Source: the human T2T-CHM13v2.0 reference genome, Homo sapiens. Taken from it: DNA of 64,000 nucleotides. A program made the position numbers and the translations under genes. Shown one piece after another: positions 13,143 to 26,165 of the stretch; position 1 is the stretch's first letter, and every line of letters starts with the position of its first letter. The notes below the pieces were generated by a model that ran no database searches, had not been told where the DNA came from, and was given only the letters and a program-made list of their open reading frames with translations. Location of the stretch: the NCBI RefSeq assembly GCF_009914755.1, contig NC_060927.1, one strand, 5' to 3'.

Positions 13143-16100
13143 TTTTAACAGTAGAACATATCTGACTCATGCGGCACCAAAGTATGTTAGCAGCAGTGCA
13201 TACATACTGGTTGGCAGCAACCTCAATTCTCACCTCCTCTGAAGAAAGAATTCAATCAAGGGGAATAAGGTAGAGGGAGAGACTGAGGCAAGTTTCAGAG
13301 CAACTGAAAGTTGATTAAAAAGAGTTATAGCAGGAACAAAAGGAAGTAAAGTATACTTGAAAGAAGGCCAAGAAGGGGACTCAAGAGATCAAGTGCACAG
13401 TTTGACCTTTTGACTGGAGTTTTATACACTGGCACGCTTCCAGGGTCTTGCACTACTTCTCCCTGATTTTTTCCTTGGGATTAACTGTCTGCATGTGCAG
13501 TGGCCTGCTAGTCATTGGGAGGGGCTGTGTATGCAGTGTATTTACTAGAGTTGTACGAATGCTCACTTGAAATGTTTTTCCCTCATTAGTCAAGTGTTTC
13601 TATAAGGTCATTGTATTAATCCATTCTCACATGGCTATAAAGAACTTCCTGAGACTGGGTAATTTATGTAGAAAAGAGGTTTAGTGGACTCAGAGTTCCA
13701 CAGGCTGTTCAGGACGCATGGTTGGGGAGAGCTCAATAAACACAGAATCATGATGGAAGGACAAAGGGGAAGCAAGCAGCTTGTTTACATGGCAGAGTAG
13801 AAGAGAGACAGCAAATAGGAAAGTTCTACACACTTTCAAACAACCAGATCTCATGAGAATTCATTCACTATTATGAGAATAGCAAGGCGGAAATCTGATC
13901 CCATAATCTAATCACCTCCCACCAGGTCCCTCCTTCAACACTGGGGATTACAATTCAACATAAGATTTGGGTGAAAACACAGAGCCAAACCATATCATTT
14001 TGCCCCTGGCCCCTCTCAAATCTCATTTCCTTCTCACATTTCAAAACACAATCATGTCTTCCCAAGAGCCCCCTAAAATCTTAACTAATTCCAACATTAA
14101 CTAAAATGTCCAAGTCCAAAGTCTCATCTGAGACAAGGCAAGTCCCTTTGGCCTATGAGCCTGTAAAATCAAAATTTAGTTACTTTCAAGATACAATGAA
14201 GATACAGTGGAGGTACAGGCTCCCATTCCAAAAGAAAGAAATTGGCCAAAGTAAAGGGACTATAGGCCCCATGGAAGTCCAAAACTCAGCAGGGCTGTCA
14301 TTAACTCTTAAAGGTTCAAAAAATCTCCTTTGACTTCATGTCTTATATCCAAGTCACATTGATGCAATGGGTGGGCTTCGAAGGACTTATGTAGCTTCAT
14401 CTCTCTTGCACTACAAGCTACAGCTCCCACAGCTGCTTTCACAGGCTGGCACTCAGTGCCTGTGGCTTTTCCAGGCATATGGTGCAAGCTGCTTGGTGGA
14501 TCTGCCATTCTGAGGTCTGGAAGACAGCAACCCTCTTCTCACAGCTCCACTAGATAGTGCCCCAGTGGGGACTCTGTGTGGGGGCTTTAGCTGCACATCT
14601 CCCCTCTGCATTTCCCTAGTAGAGGCTCTCCATGAGGGCTCTGCTCCTGCAGTAGACTTCTGCCTAGACATCCAGGCATTTCCATACATCCTCTAAAATA
14701 CAGGCAGAAACTCCCAAGCCTCAACTTTTTTCTTTTGCACACCTGCAGGCCCAATACAACATGGAAGCAGCCAAGACTTGGGGCTTGCACCCTCTGAAGC
14801 CATGGTCCAAGCTGTACCTTGGCCCCTTTTAGCTATGGCTATTGCTGGAGCATCAGGAATACAAGGTACCATGTCTTGAGGCTGCACAGAGCAGCAGGGT
14901 CCTGGTCTTGGCCCACAAAACAATTTTTCTATCCTAGGCCTCTAAGACTGTGATGGGAGAAGATCCTGTGAGGATCTCTAATATGCCCTGAAGGCATTTT
15001 CCCTATTGTCTTGGCTATTAACATTGAGCTCCACTTTACTTATACACATTTCTGCAGCCTTGAATTCCTCCCCAGAAAATGGCTTTTATTTTCCACCATA
15101 TGGTCAGGCTGCAAATTTTTCAAACTTTTACATTCTGCTTCCCTTTTAAATATGCATTCTAGTTTCAGGTTATTTCTCTGTTTATGCAAATGATTTAGAC
15201 TTTTAGAAGCAGCCTGGTTACATCTTGAATGCTTTGCTACTTAGAAATTTTTTCTGCCAGATACCCTACCTAAAACATCACTCTCAAGTTAGAAGTTCCA
15301 CATATCTCTAGAGTAGAGGCACAATGCCTCCAGTCTCTTTGCTAAAGCATAGCAAAAGTGACCTTTGCTCCAGTTCCCAATAAGTTCCTCATCTCCATCT
15401 GAAACCACCTCAGCCTGGACTTCATTATCTATATCACTATCAGCATTTTCGTCACAACCATTCGACAGTTCTCTAGAAAGTTCTATACTTTCCCACATCT
15501 TCCTGTCTTCTTCTGAGCCCTCCAAACGGTTCCAACCTCTGATACCCAGTTCCAAAGTTGTTTCTGCCTTTTCAGGTACCTTTATAGCAATGCCCTGTAC
15601 CATTTTTCCGTACCAGTTTTCTGTATTAGTCTATTCTCACACTGCTGTAAAGAACTAGCTGAGACTGGGTAATTTATGAAGTAAAGAGGTTTATTTGACT
15701 CACAATTCCACAGTCTGTACTGGAAGCATGGTTGGGAGTCCTCAGGAAGGTTACAATTATGATGGAAGGGCAACGGGGAAGCTAGCACCTTCTTCACATG
15801 GTGGAGCAAAAGAGCGAGAGAGCAAAGTGGGAAGTACTATACACTTTCAAACAACCAGATCTCATGAGAACTCACTCATTATAATAAGAACACCAGAAAG
15901 GAAATCTGCCCCCTGATCCAGTTAACTCTATTCAACATTAGCAATTACAATTCAACATGATGTTTAGATGGGGACATAGAACCAAACCATGTCAGTCACA
16001 TACTAGTTAAAATCCACTATTTTACCTCTAGTGCACATGCTTGAGCCAACTGGCCTAACTCTTGAGATCTTTGGGAAGCTAATCACCAATTTCAGGTTTT

Positions 16101-16280
16101 TCGTTTTTAAAAATCTATTGGGAGACTGCGTTTCCATGGCACCATATGCAACCAATTATTATTTCTGAGAGAGCTTAACAACTGCCTGACCATCACCTAA
16201 TGATCACCTGTAATTCCTGATGGGTAGTGGAGGGCTCTCCTGCCCTGCTCATGTCTGACTACTAAGTACCTTCTGTAACA
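13143..16280 (-). mobile_element. MER50-type solo LTR (ERV1) split by a THE1 insertion into 13143-13611 and 15995-16280
   Basis: Right end reads tgttacagaagg...agtcagacatgagcagggcaggagag on the minus strand; left piece has gcagcaacctcaattctcacctcctc..aagaaagaattc typical of MER50-family U5. Confidence 0.75.
13612..15994 (-). mobile_element. Full-length THE1D-type MaLR (3' LTR 13612-13997, internal 13998-15621, 5' LTR 15622-15994)
   Basis: Two similar ~380-bp LTRs with TG...CA ends, 1.6-kb internal region with MaLR ORF remnant (TLELGIRGWNRLEGSEEDRKMWES), 5-bp TSD gtcat/gtcac. Confidence 0.92.
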
Positions 16281-17016
16281 AAAGGACTGAAAATACTACA
16301 GAGTTTGTAGCATAGATATAAACTTTAGGGCCTAGGTGCCTGTTTTTATAGTTATAGGGAGTTATTTTTGCTCTTCAATCTTGTCCTTGCCTTTCTCAAC
16401 TTTGGGAGATCTTTCTCTAACCTATTGCCTTATTTCCAGGCTTTTGATGGTCAAGTCTGGACTATTTCTATTTCTCTTCACCTGCTTGCCTGGCCCCAGC
16501 CTTCAGCAACTGCTACACTGCACTTGGGGAAGGCATTACCTACATCAGGAGAGAGTTCTTCCACCTCTCTTGCCCAGCTGCTAAACTTGGCTGGTCCACC
16601 CCTTGCCTTTGGTGAAGACAGCAGGATGGAGAGGAAGAAGTATTTTGATAGATATGTGAAGACTCACTCTTTCCTGTTATTCAAAGTTTAAATCTGTCAC
16701 ATTGAAAGTGCTTTAAGACTTTGGTTCTTACTTACTACCATTTCTGGAGAATTCCTCCTATGTCTGCTGTTCTGCCAAAGATGAAAGCAGACATAGATCT
16801 TTTTTCTCCTTTAAAGGGCTCTATGCTTTCTGTATTTTAGTGCATATAGCTTTGTTTGCATCCTTAGCTCTCCCATGCTGTGCTGAAACTACTAGTTACC
16901 TGTGACTATATTGTAATTTAAATTACTTGAATTGCAAGGACGTTAAAATTCAGTTTCTTAGTTGCGTAGGCCACATATGTAGTGCTAAATAGTCATATGT
17001 GGCTAGAGACTATTCT

Positions 17017-17189
17017 TTTTTTTTTTCCTTTCCAAAGAGTCTTTAATAAAAACGATGACTAGCAAGTACAGTCATGCGTCCCTTAACCACAGGGATACAT
17101 TATGAGAAATGTATCTTTAAGTGATTTTGTCATTTCATGAACATCATAGAGTATACTTATAAAAACCTAGATGGTATATATACTAATAC

Positions 17190-17227
<38 letters not shown>

Positions 17228-17470
17228 CTGAAAAACCAAATGTCCCAACATCATTACTGAATATTGAATATCAATTATTTCCCCTACCTGATCTGAAATG
17301 CCAATATCAAGTTCGATATATCAGGTTTTTATATGTGCTCCATGATAATCTTACAGGACCACTGTCTTTTTTTTTTTTTCAGTCAGGAAACAACAGATGC
17401 TGGAGAGGATGTGGAGAAATAGGAACACTTTTACACTGTTGGTGGGAGTGTAAATTAGTTCAACCATTGT
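17017..17470 (-). mobile_element. L1-mediated insertion: poly(A) tail, ~340 bp transduced flank, internal A-run and inverted 90-bp L1 ORF2 piece
   Basis: 15-bp TSD gctagagactattct at 17002-17016 and 17471-17485; ATTAAA 15 nt before the tail on the minus strand; L1 piece 17381-17470 ([29 protein letters not shown]) in the opposite orientation. Confidence 0.85.
17069..17180 (-). mobile_element. Tigger3 terminal fragment carried within the transduced segment
   Basis: TA followed by cagtcatgcgtcccttaaccacagggatacattatgagaaatg...; reverse complement resembles the end of the Tigger3 at 29270-29371. Confidence 0.8.
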
Positions 17471-18782
17471 GCTAGAGACTATTCTATTGAACAGTGCAGA
17501 TATAAAACAGTTTCTTTATTACTGAAAATTATATTGGACAGCACTGCTTTAATGGATGTAAAACAAACTAAGATTTTATAGATTATCCAGACTGATCTCA
17601 TGGATAGTGTGAGAATAACAACTTTTAATGACATTTTATGTCATAACCAGATTGAAAGTCCTTTAATTATTTTCTCAATGCATGCTTCATTTGAATTTTC
17701 ATTTTTTGAGTGTGTAGATCAATAGAAATAGGCCCTAAACTTTCTTCCTTTTTTATAATTTTTTTATTTTTATATAAAAATATGTATATTTATATACATA
17801 TATTTTATATTTTATTTTATTTTTATATTTAAATATTGTATTGTTTTAAATTTTTTATATTTAACACTATATGGAAGATACAATATAGCTTTGAATACAA
17901 TAATTTGAGTTTCTAATGAGTTTTTAGTATTTTAAAACTCGTATCTCAACACAGTAGAATACATAGTCTTCTTTTGTTTTTATGCTATATATTCTATACC
18001 AAATTTTTATAATTAGGACCTAGTTGTTGGCATTTGAGTTGTCTTTTAATTGGTATTTCAATACCACAGTCATTTGCTTGAGTTACTATTTGATTGAGCC
18101 CACTATTTTACTTTCAATAATTTTTAATGATTTCAAGAGTAGTTTCTCTTGTATATTTTATTTTTTCCCTCTTAGAAAAATTTTAGAATCACTCTCTGGA
18201 GCCCTATGTCCACCACATTACAAACAAACAAGCAAACACAAATAACTGTGAATATTTTAATTGACTAGCTTTATAAAGTAAATTTAAAATAAAAATGTAT
18301 TTCTGTCTTTATCAACAACATGTTTTATCCCATATTTGTTCATGCTAGTGAATGATTTCCTTAAGGTTTCATTGATTTGGTATATTCTGAATGAGACGAT
18401 TTATTTTTTAATTTGTAATTGGGGATTTATTTTAATTTGTTGACCTTTTCTCCTTGGTTTAATTTTAAAATTATCTTTTGATAAACAGTCATAGAATTAA
18501 TTAATAATAATAGATGATTCTCTTTCATAGTCCTGCCACTCTGTCTTCTATTAAGCATCTGTTTGTGTGAACTACAGTCTACTATAACATTAAATACTCA
18601 TGGTGACAGTGAGTGTTTCTTGTTTTTCTCATGTTAATTAGAAGGCATCTGGACATCACAATAAATTGTTTTTTTAAAGGAAAACTCATTACATTATACA
18701 TATAAAAATGTTTAGATTACTATAAGCAAAAGGTTTACTAAGAGTGATTGTTGGATACTATCAAAATGATTTATCACTTATT

Positions 18783-19530
18783 TGTTACAGCACAACACCC
18801 CAAAACACATTGGTTTAAAACAAAAACATCGTTATTCTTATCAAACGAATGTAGGAACAGAAAACCAAATATGGCCTGTTCTCGTAAGTGGGAACTAAAT
18901 AATGAAAACTCATGGACACATAGAGGGGAACAATACACACTGGGGCCTATTGGAGGGTGTAAGGTGGGAGGAGTAGGAAAAATAACTAATGAATACTAGG
19001 CTTAATACCTAGGTGATGAGACAATCTGTATACAAACCCATATGACATAGCTTTACCTATGCAACAAACCTGCACACCCTGTACATGTACCCCTGAGCTT
19101 AAAAGTTAAAAAAATAAATAAATAAAAGAAAAATCTTAGACCCATTAAACAAAAAACATTTTGATATTTCTTACAATTTTCTCATTGACAGGACACAGTT
19201 GGACTCTTGTATTCTTCCACATGATGCCTGCGTGGATCACTAGTTTGGCAGCATTCAGTTCCAAGAAGGCTTCAATCATGTAGAAAGTGTTCCTTAGCAA
19301 TGGATCTCCGTGAGGTTAGCTTGGGATCTTTCCCATAATTATGGTCTCAGAATAGTTGGACTTCCCTAATTTTCCAACAGGGAGAAAGAAAATACATCCA
19401 GTCCTCTTAAAGGCTAGGTCCAGAACTGGCAAAGAATCACTTTTGCCTCATTCATTAGTCAAAGCAAAAAACAAGGGTAGACAAGAGTCAAGAGGAGGGG
19501 GAATAACTTCTACCTTTTGATGTGAAAAAA
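18783..19530. mobile_element. Old MLT1 LTR interrupted by an L1 fragment
   Basis: caacaccccaaaac..tggtttaaaacaa start and cacttttgcctcattcattagtcaaagca...ttctaccttttgatg end, both MLT1-like. Confidence 0.55.
18830..19133 (+). mobile_element. L1PA (about PA11-15) 3' end
   Basis: gaacagaaaaccaaata...catggacacatagaggggaacaatacacactgggg...catgtacccctgagcttaaaag plus A-tail; flanks ttaaaacaaaaacat / ttaaacaaaaaacat. Confidence 0.85.
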
Positions 19531-19849
19531 GTTTGAATAAAGTTGTGTCAGATGCTTAATAGAACTATGGTTTCTGCAAAACTGCTTAACAATGCAGAAA
19601 AGGTGGGGGGGTAAATAGAAAGTCTTTGAGTAAAAACTAGAGCAATGTTATTAGCTGATTTAATGATTCAATGTTCTAATCTATGAATTATCCAAAGCAC
19701 CAAGTATGGACACCCCAAGCCAATAATGGTAACTGATTATGAGTTGGAGACCAGGGCCCAAGTGGAGGCGACTTCAAAACTGCTTTGAGGTGACAACACT
19801 GAAAGAGAGAATAATTAGAATAAATTTAACAATTTAAGATGTATCTGCA

Positions 19850-20460
19850 AATCCTTCATTAAGAAGAAAAGCTAATATTGGGGGAAAATTATCTTAATAT
19901 AGAAAGTATTCTTCATATATCAAGAAATAAAATAATAGGAAAATAAGCAAAGAATATACATCTACAATTCAGAGAAGAACAAATCAAAATAAGCAATAAA
20001 GAGAGTTAAAAAATTCTAGAAGTTAGGAAAATCTAAGCTAAATTAACAAAGGTCAACTAGCACACACTGGACAGCAAAAATGCAAAAGACTAATATCACT
20101 TTTGAGTAAGAATGAGGGAAGATGGAAATTTTAAATAATATAATTTTAAATAATATAAATTTTCAGAATATTTTTAGAAGTCAATCTGGAGGCATCTACT
20201 AAAATTAAAAACAAACAGAAAACTAAAGATACATACAGATTTTTGACACAGAAATCCTGGTCCTAGAAATCAATCACGTAGAAATAAAAGAGGACATCGC
20301 TTTGAATATATGTGCAAGAGTGTTTACTGCAGCACTATGCATAGTGGCAAAAAAAGCCAACAACAACTAAAAACAATTTGAATGAATACCAACAGGAAAA
20401 TTATTGAATATTTTATGTTATATAGATACCATGGAATAATATGTTAAATTAAAATAATGG
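19850..20460 (+). mobile_element. Ancient L1M (L1ME/MC-like) fragment
   Basis: Degenerate ORF2-end motifs (caattcagagaagaacaaat, gcaagagtgtttactgcagcact, ataccatggaata). Confidence 0.55.
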
Positions 20461-20462
20461 GA

Positions 20463-20600
20463 AGTAGTGAGCTGAGATTACACCACTGCACTAGCCTTGG
20501 TGACAGAGCCAGACTCTCTCTCTCTCTCTGTCTCTCTCTCTGTCTCTCTCTCTCTCTATATATATATACATATACATACACACACACACACACACAATTT
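20463..20600 (+). repeat. Alu 3' fragment followed by compound (CT)n(TA)n(CA)n microsatellite
   Basis: agtgagctgagattacaccactgcactagccttggtgacagagccagactc followed by dinucleotide runs. Confidence 0.85.
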
Positions 20601-20859
20601 TATATGTATATATAATGTATGATGTTGTAAAAGTTGACTTGGAGGAATGTGTTCAATGAAAGCATGAGAGCACATATCTCATATATGATTTCTTATCTTT
20701 ATTAACACGTTGAAAATGGTATGTTTTCATCATTATATGAACATGGATTAAAAATACAGATGATTGATACATGTCAGACTGTTAACAAATTTACAAAGGG
20801 TAAATATAGATGTTGGAAGAAATTAAGAGAAAGAATGTTGCAGAGAGAAGAGAAAAATA

Positions 20860-21287
<428 letters not shown>

Positions 21288-21554
21288 CTAGAAATGCATG
21301 CAATATATCCAAGTGAAAAGCAAAAGTATGCAGTCATATGTACACTATAGTTCTATTTCTCCTATAATAGATAGGGAAGGTGGAAGGTGGAAGTTGGGGT
21401 AGTATCTGTCTGTTTGATAATCTTGGTTACCTGAAATAATAGGATTAGAGATTGAGACACGGTAAGATGATATGGTGTATGTATGCATGTATTTGAAGTT
21501 CTCTCTCTCTGTATGTGTGTCTTCAAATTAATTGACATCATACTCGTGGATATT

Positions 21555-22170
21555 AGCACTCCAATATTATTCGTAACACTATTCACAATAGCCAAGATGT
21601 GGAAGCAGCCTAAATCTTAATCAGCAGATGAACAAATAAAGAAATGTACTATGTACATACAATGGAATACTAAATTCTGGAATATGCAATGACATGGATG
21701 AACTTTCAGGATATTATGTTAAGCCAGTCACAGAAAGACAAATAATACATGATTCCACCGATATGAGGTATCTAAAATAGTCAAATTTCTAGAATCCAGG
21801 TGTTGAATGGTAATAGCCAGGGGCTGGAGGATGGGAAAAATGAAGAGTTACTAATCAATGGACCTGAAGTTTCAGTTATGCAGGATGAGTGATCTCTTGA
21901 GATCTGTTGTATGGCATTGTATCTACAGTCAATGGTAATGTTATTTTATTTATTATTTTTTTTAGGATGGAGTATCACTATGTTGCCCAGGCTGGTCTAG
22001 AACTCCTGGCCTCAAGTGATCTTCCCACTTCAGCCTCCTAAGTAGCTGGAACTATAAGCACAAACCATCTTGCCTAGGTATAGTCAACAGTAATATATTA
22101 AATACTTAAATATTTGTTAAAAGGGTGTCTCATATTAAGGGTTCTTATTGGAATTAAATAAAATTTTTTT
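21555..22170 (+). mobile_element. L1MA/MB 3' region
   Basis: cactattcacaatagccaagatgtggaagc...agccagtcacagaaagacaaata...gtttcagttatgcaggatgag. Confidence 0.75.
21941..22078 (-). mobile_element. FLAM (free left Alu monomer) inserted in L1
   Basis: ~135-bp monomer with T-rich tail; degenerate TSD tacagtcaatggtaat / tatagtcaacagtaat. Confidence 0.75.
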
Positions 22171-23899
22171 AAAGAAATATAAAAAAAAGTACCTACAATA
22201 ACAAAAGTAAATTAAAATAACACAATAGCAAAACCAACCTAACAAACAAATGTATGTAGCTGTTAGAATACAACCTAACACAAGGCATAATTGGTAAAAT
22301 TTCACAAAAGGTAATGATTGTTGTCTTATGCTTACTTACCAGTAAAGCATTATAACATATAAAGTAAATTAATGAAGATAAAGTTACAATGAAATGTAAT
22401 ATCCTTTTAGATCTCTATCAAAAATGTTTATATCATAAAGCAAATAATGTAGATTAAAATAACTATTATTACAAAAAATATTGCAGCAGTTATTCAAGCA
22501 CATACACATTTAAAAGTCCATAAAAAATCAATTTGTACTACTCACAAAAGAGATTCCTATAAATTTTTTAAATCTATAAAGTGTGGAAGATCATCTCTGA
22601 CAAAATCTTAACACTGCAAATCATAATTCAAAAACATTTTTTGGAAATTAAATTTTTTTAAATTTTTGAAATCTATATTATACCTTTAATTCATGGGTTA
22701 AAGACAAAGTACTCTATTTCAAAGCCTACCAATACAAATAAATTATTTATAGGAAAGCTATAATCATGAAAGCATTTACCAAAAAACAGAAGAAAAGCAA
22801 CAAAAGTGGAGTATCAAAGACATAGGAAAGGAAAATATAGATAATTGAAGAAATTAATAAAATAGGATAAATGAATTAATGAATAAAAAGTTAAAAAGTA
22901 AACAAAACCAAAGCTAAACTTCTCATGAATCTATCCCCAACTTGTCAGAAAGTAAAAACAAACAAAAACATAACCAACCAGTTAACCAACTGAATAACAA
23001 CAAAAAAATTTGGAATGGAAAAAGTGTTGCACTTTTGTAAGAATATACAAAATGTTAAAGTCAATGTGATTAATTTTATGCCCCAAATGTTGAAAAGCTC
23101 AATTAAAAACTGATATATTTAGTGAAAATATTATAAAAATTTTCTCAAGCATTTGAAAAATTTAAAAATACACTTTTGATGATGTTCAATCATTAAACTG
23201 GCTAATCAGTATAAACTGTACATCAGTATAAACTGGCTAATGATTGGATACTCTTATTCTCATTATTCACTTCCCACCTTCAATAGGCAGTGGGTTTAGG
23301 TAATATTTATAGGTCAATTTTATTGAATCTTGAAGAAAAAAATTACATCTCGTAGAATAATTCAATTAATAAATAAGTAGTGTCATACAACAATTTGCAT
23401 AAGTTGAATATAATATTGTTACAAGAGTCAAGGGCAGTGATAGGAAGAAATTATATACAGAAACTAACTTGTCAACATAGCATTAAAAATCTAAGTAAAA
23501 TTAGATATTTGATTCCATTAGTATTCCAAACAAATATGCACATAACACACGTACATGCAGAAACACACCAGGAAGGGCGTATGCAAGAAATCCAAGAATA
23601 ATTGAATATCAGAATTACTAATTAATATAATTATCAACTAATATATATTTTTCAGAAAATGTAAAGATGAAAATAAACATATCAAATCTGTAGGATCTTC
23701 TACATGAAACACATACAAGAAAGATAGTGACAGTTTTGTTTTCATTAGTAAAAAATTAGAAAAGACCTAAATGACCAGAAATAGGAAATGGATAAGTTAA
23801 ATTTTCTATATTAATGTAAATGATTAATAAGTAAGTGATAGTCAAAATGAATGAACTAGAGTTATGTGTTGCATAAATTTGGGAATGATTTTATTTAAA

Positions 23900-24740
23900 A
23901 AGACAGAAGAATGGCCAAGAAGCACATGAAAAAGTATTCAACATTATGAGCCATCAGGGAAATGCACATTATAAATAGAATGAGGTATTTCTCACGCAAC
24001 AGAATGACTGAAATTAAGGAAGTCTGATTATATCAAATGTTGGTGAAGATAAGAGCAACTGAGCATCCCACACATTGTTGATGGGATTGTAAAACCATAT
24101 TATTACTTTGTAAAATTGTCTGGCAATTTCTTCTACATTTAAACACTTATTTACCTTTTGACCTAGCAATTGTACTCCTCTGTATTCATGCATAAGAAAT
24201 GAAAACTTATCTTCAATAAAGATATGTTCAAGGATGTTCATAGGTTTATAAGACACAAACAGTGGAAACAACTCTAATGTCTATCAATAAGAAACAGATT
24301 AAACCAATTGTGGTATATGTGTATAATGAAATACTCAGAGAAAAAAGAAATGGACTACTTACATCCTAAAAAATGAATAAATCTCAAAAAACATTATATT
24401 GAGAAAAATGAGCCAGATATAAAGTAATAAATATTTTATGAGTCTTATATTTATATGAGTTTTAATAACTGGCAAAAGAGTCTACGGTGATAAAAATCAA
24501 AAGGAGTTGCCTCAGGAAGGTAGAAGCAGGAAACATTGGATAGCGGCACAAAAAAACTTCTTAGGAGAATACAAATATTCTATCTATTTTGTTTGTGTGG
24601 TATTTCTATGGGTGCGTATAATTATCAAAAATTTAATATCACTGTATAAACTTGTCAAAACAAAAATTGAGGACCTTATTAAATGTGTGCAGATTTTGGT
24701 TTATATAAATTTTACTTTAATAAAACAGAATTAAAAAAAA
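23900..24740 (+). mobile_element. Ancient L1ME/MC 3' end
   Basis: atggccaagaagcacatgaaaaagtattcaacatt...gacctagcaattgtactcct...aaatctcaaaaaacattatattgag. Confidence 0.75.
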
Positions 24741-25068
24741 TCATGGCCACATAAAAAGTATTGTTAAAAGTATTACTAGGGTGACAGGTAAAATTTACAA
24801 ACTTTTATGTTCCAAAATTTATTATAAATATAATTCATACTAAAAAACCTTATTAATAAAATAGTTGTAGAAAATAAAACAAATTTTTGATGTTTGATGT
24901 AATTATTCCTTAAAGGAATAATTCTAAGAAGAAGCAATACACCAAAAAAAGATAAGAAAAAGACTATATGTATATCTCACAAATAACAAAGAAAATAGAA
25001 ATGTAAAAAAGTTTATTTTTAATCTAATAATTGTGATTGTGTTTTTGTATTATAATACTTAATGTTAA

Positions 25069-25173
25069 ATGACGAGTTTCTGGGTTCAGCACACCAACAT
25101 GGCACATGTATACATATGTAACTAACCTGCACATTGTGCACATGTACCCTAAAACTTAAAGTATAATAAAAAA
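25069..25173 (+). mobile_element. Very short (~105 bp) L1PA 3' end insertion
   Basis: L1PA terminal sequence plus A-tail, bounded by 15-bp TSD aatacttaatgttaa (25054-25068, 25174-25188). Confidence 0.92.
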
Positions 25174-26059
25174 AATACTTAATGTTAAGGAAGGTTTGGT
25201 ACACTATATAATCTTACGCTTTACTGGTATTGGATTGACCTTGATTACTGAAGCATGTCTGGAGTTTGGATTGACCTAGTCTATTTAAAAAACAATTTCA
25301 AGATGTGCATAAAGATCTTTAAATATGTTCATAATTCTCACTTATTAATCTATTCTCAAAATATATTCCCCAAACAGGGAGTTCCTTCAAGGAAATTTAA
25401 CAATAACTTTTTAGCACAATTATAAAAATAAAACAAATGTGAAGATTGTAGCTCATCTAGCTTATACAATACCATACAGCTATTAAACGAAAGTATAAAA
25501 ATCATGACAAGATATTTTCCATATTCTTAAATTTAGTAAAAGGATGATACAAAATTATATATATATATATCTCATCAGAAATCCAGGTATAAAATTATAT
25601 AATAATTTCTTTTTTGAATAAGAAGTAGACCAAGATATGGTATGTGTTGGCTTGTTCTGAGACCCAAAACATCAGATGAGGAACAGGGACACTGGTTCAT
25701 CTTAGAAGAATGAAGAATTCGCAGTGTAAACTTATAAAGGACAGCATATTTGAATAAATTTAAATATAACTTCTAATTCATAGATACCATACCCATAATG
25801 GGAAGGAATTAGTTTTTAATTATGTAAAGGCTTGGAATTGCCATGTGTGGTGTGTATATAAAGTGTATGTCTGGGCTCAGGTATACACGTTTATGCAGTG
25901 TTGTCATATGACAGGGGCATGGTGTAAGAAAGCATGTTGTCTTACTAAATGCTGTCATAGAAAGTTGCTCTTTTTAAACCTATTTATCTCCAGTAGCATT
26001 TTTCTAATTTTTTGCATTATAACATAGAGTTTTCGTGTCCCAGACTTTATTATAATTGT

Positions 26060-26165
26060 ATGAGTATAGGCCACTATCTTATTAAACCATTTTATCTCCT
26101 GTGCCTAACATGGTCCTGGTACAGATTAAGTGCTCAATAAATCTCTATTACTTTGAATGGGTATG
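26060..26165 (+). mobile_element. L2 3' end relic
   Basis: tcctgtgcctaacatggtcctggtacagattaagtgctcaataaat...gaatg. Confidence 0.6.

Larger units (their letters stand above)
16875..17546 (-). mobile_element. MER3-type hAT-Charlie element interrupted by an L1-mediated insertion
   Basis: aaaattcagtttcttagttgcgtaggccacat...atagtcatatgtggctag, resuming as tattgaacagtgcagatataaaac...tattggacagcactg. Confidence 0.7.

Noticed and set aside
14106-15916. Cluster of overlapping ORFs on both strands
   Set aside because: All lie within the THE1 element; fragmented MaLR ORF and antisense frames.
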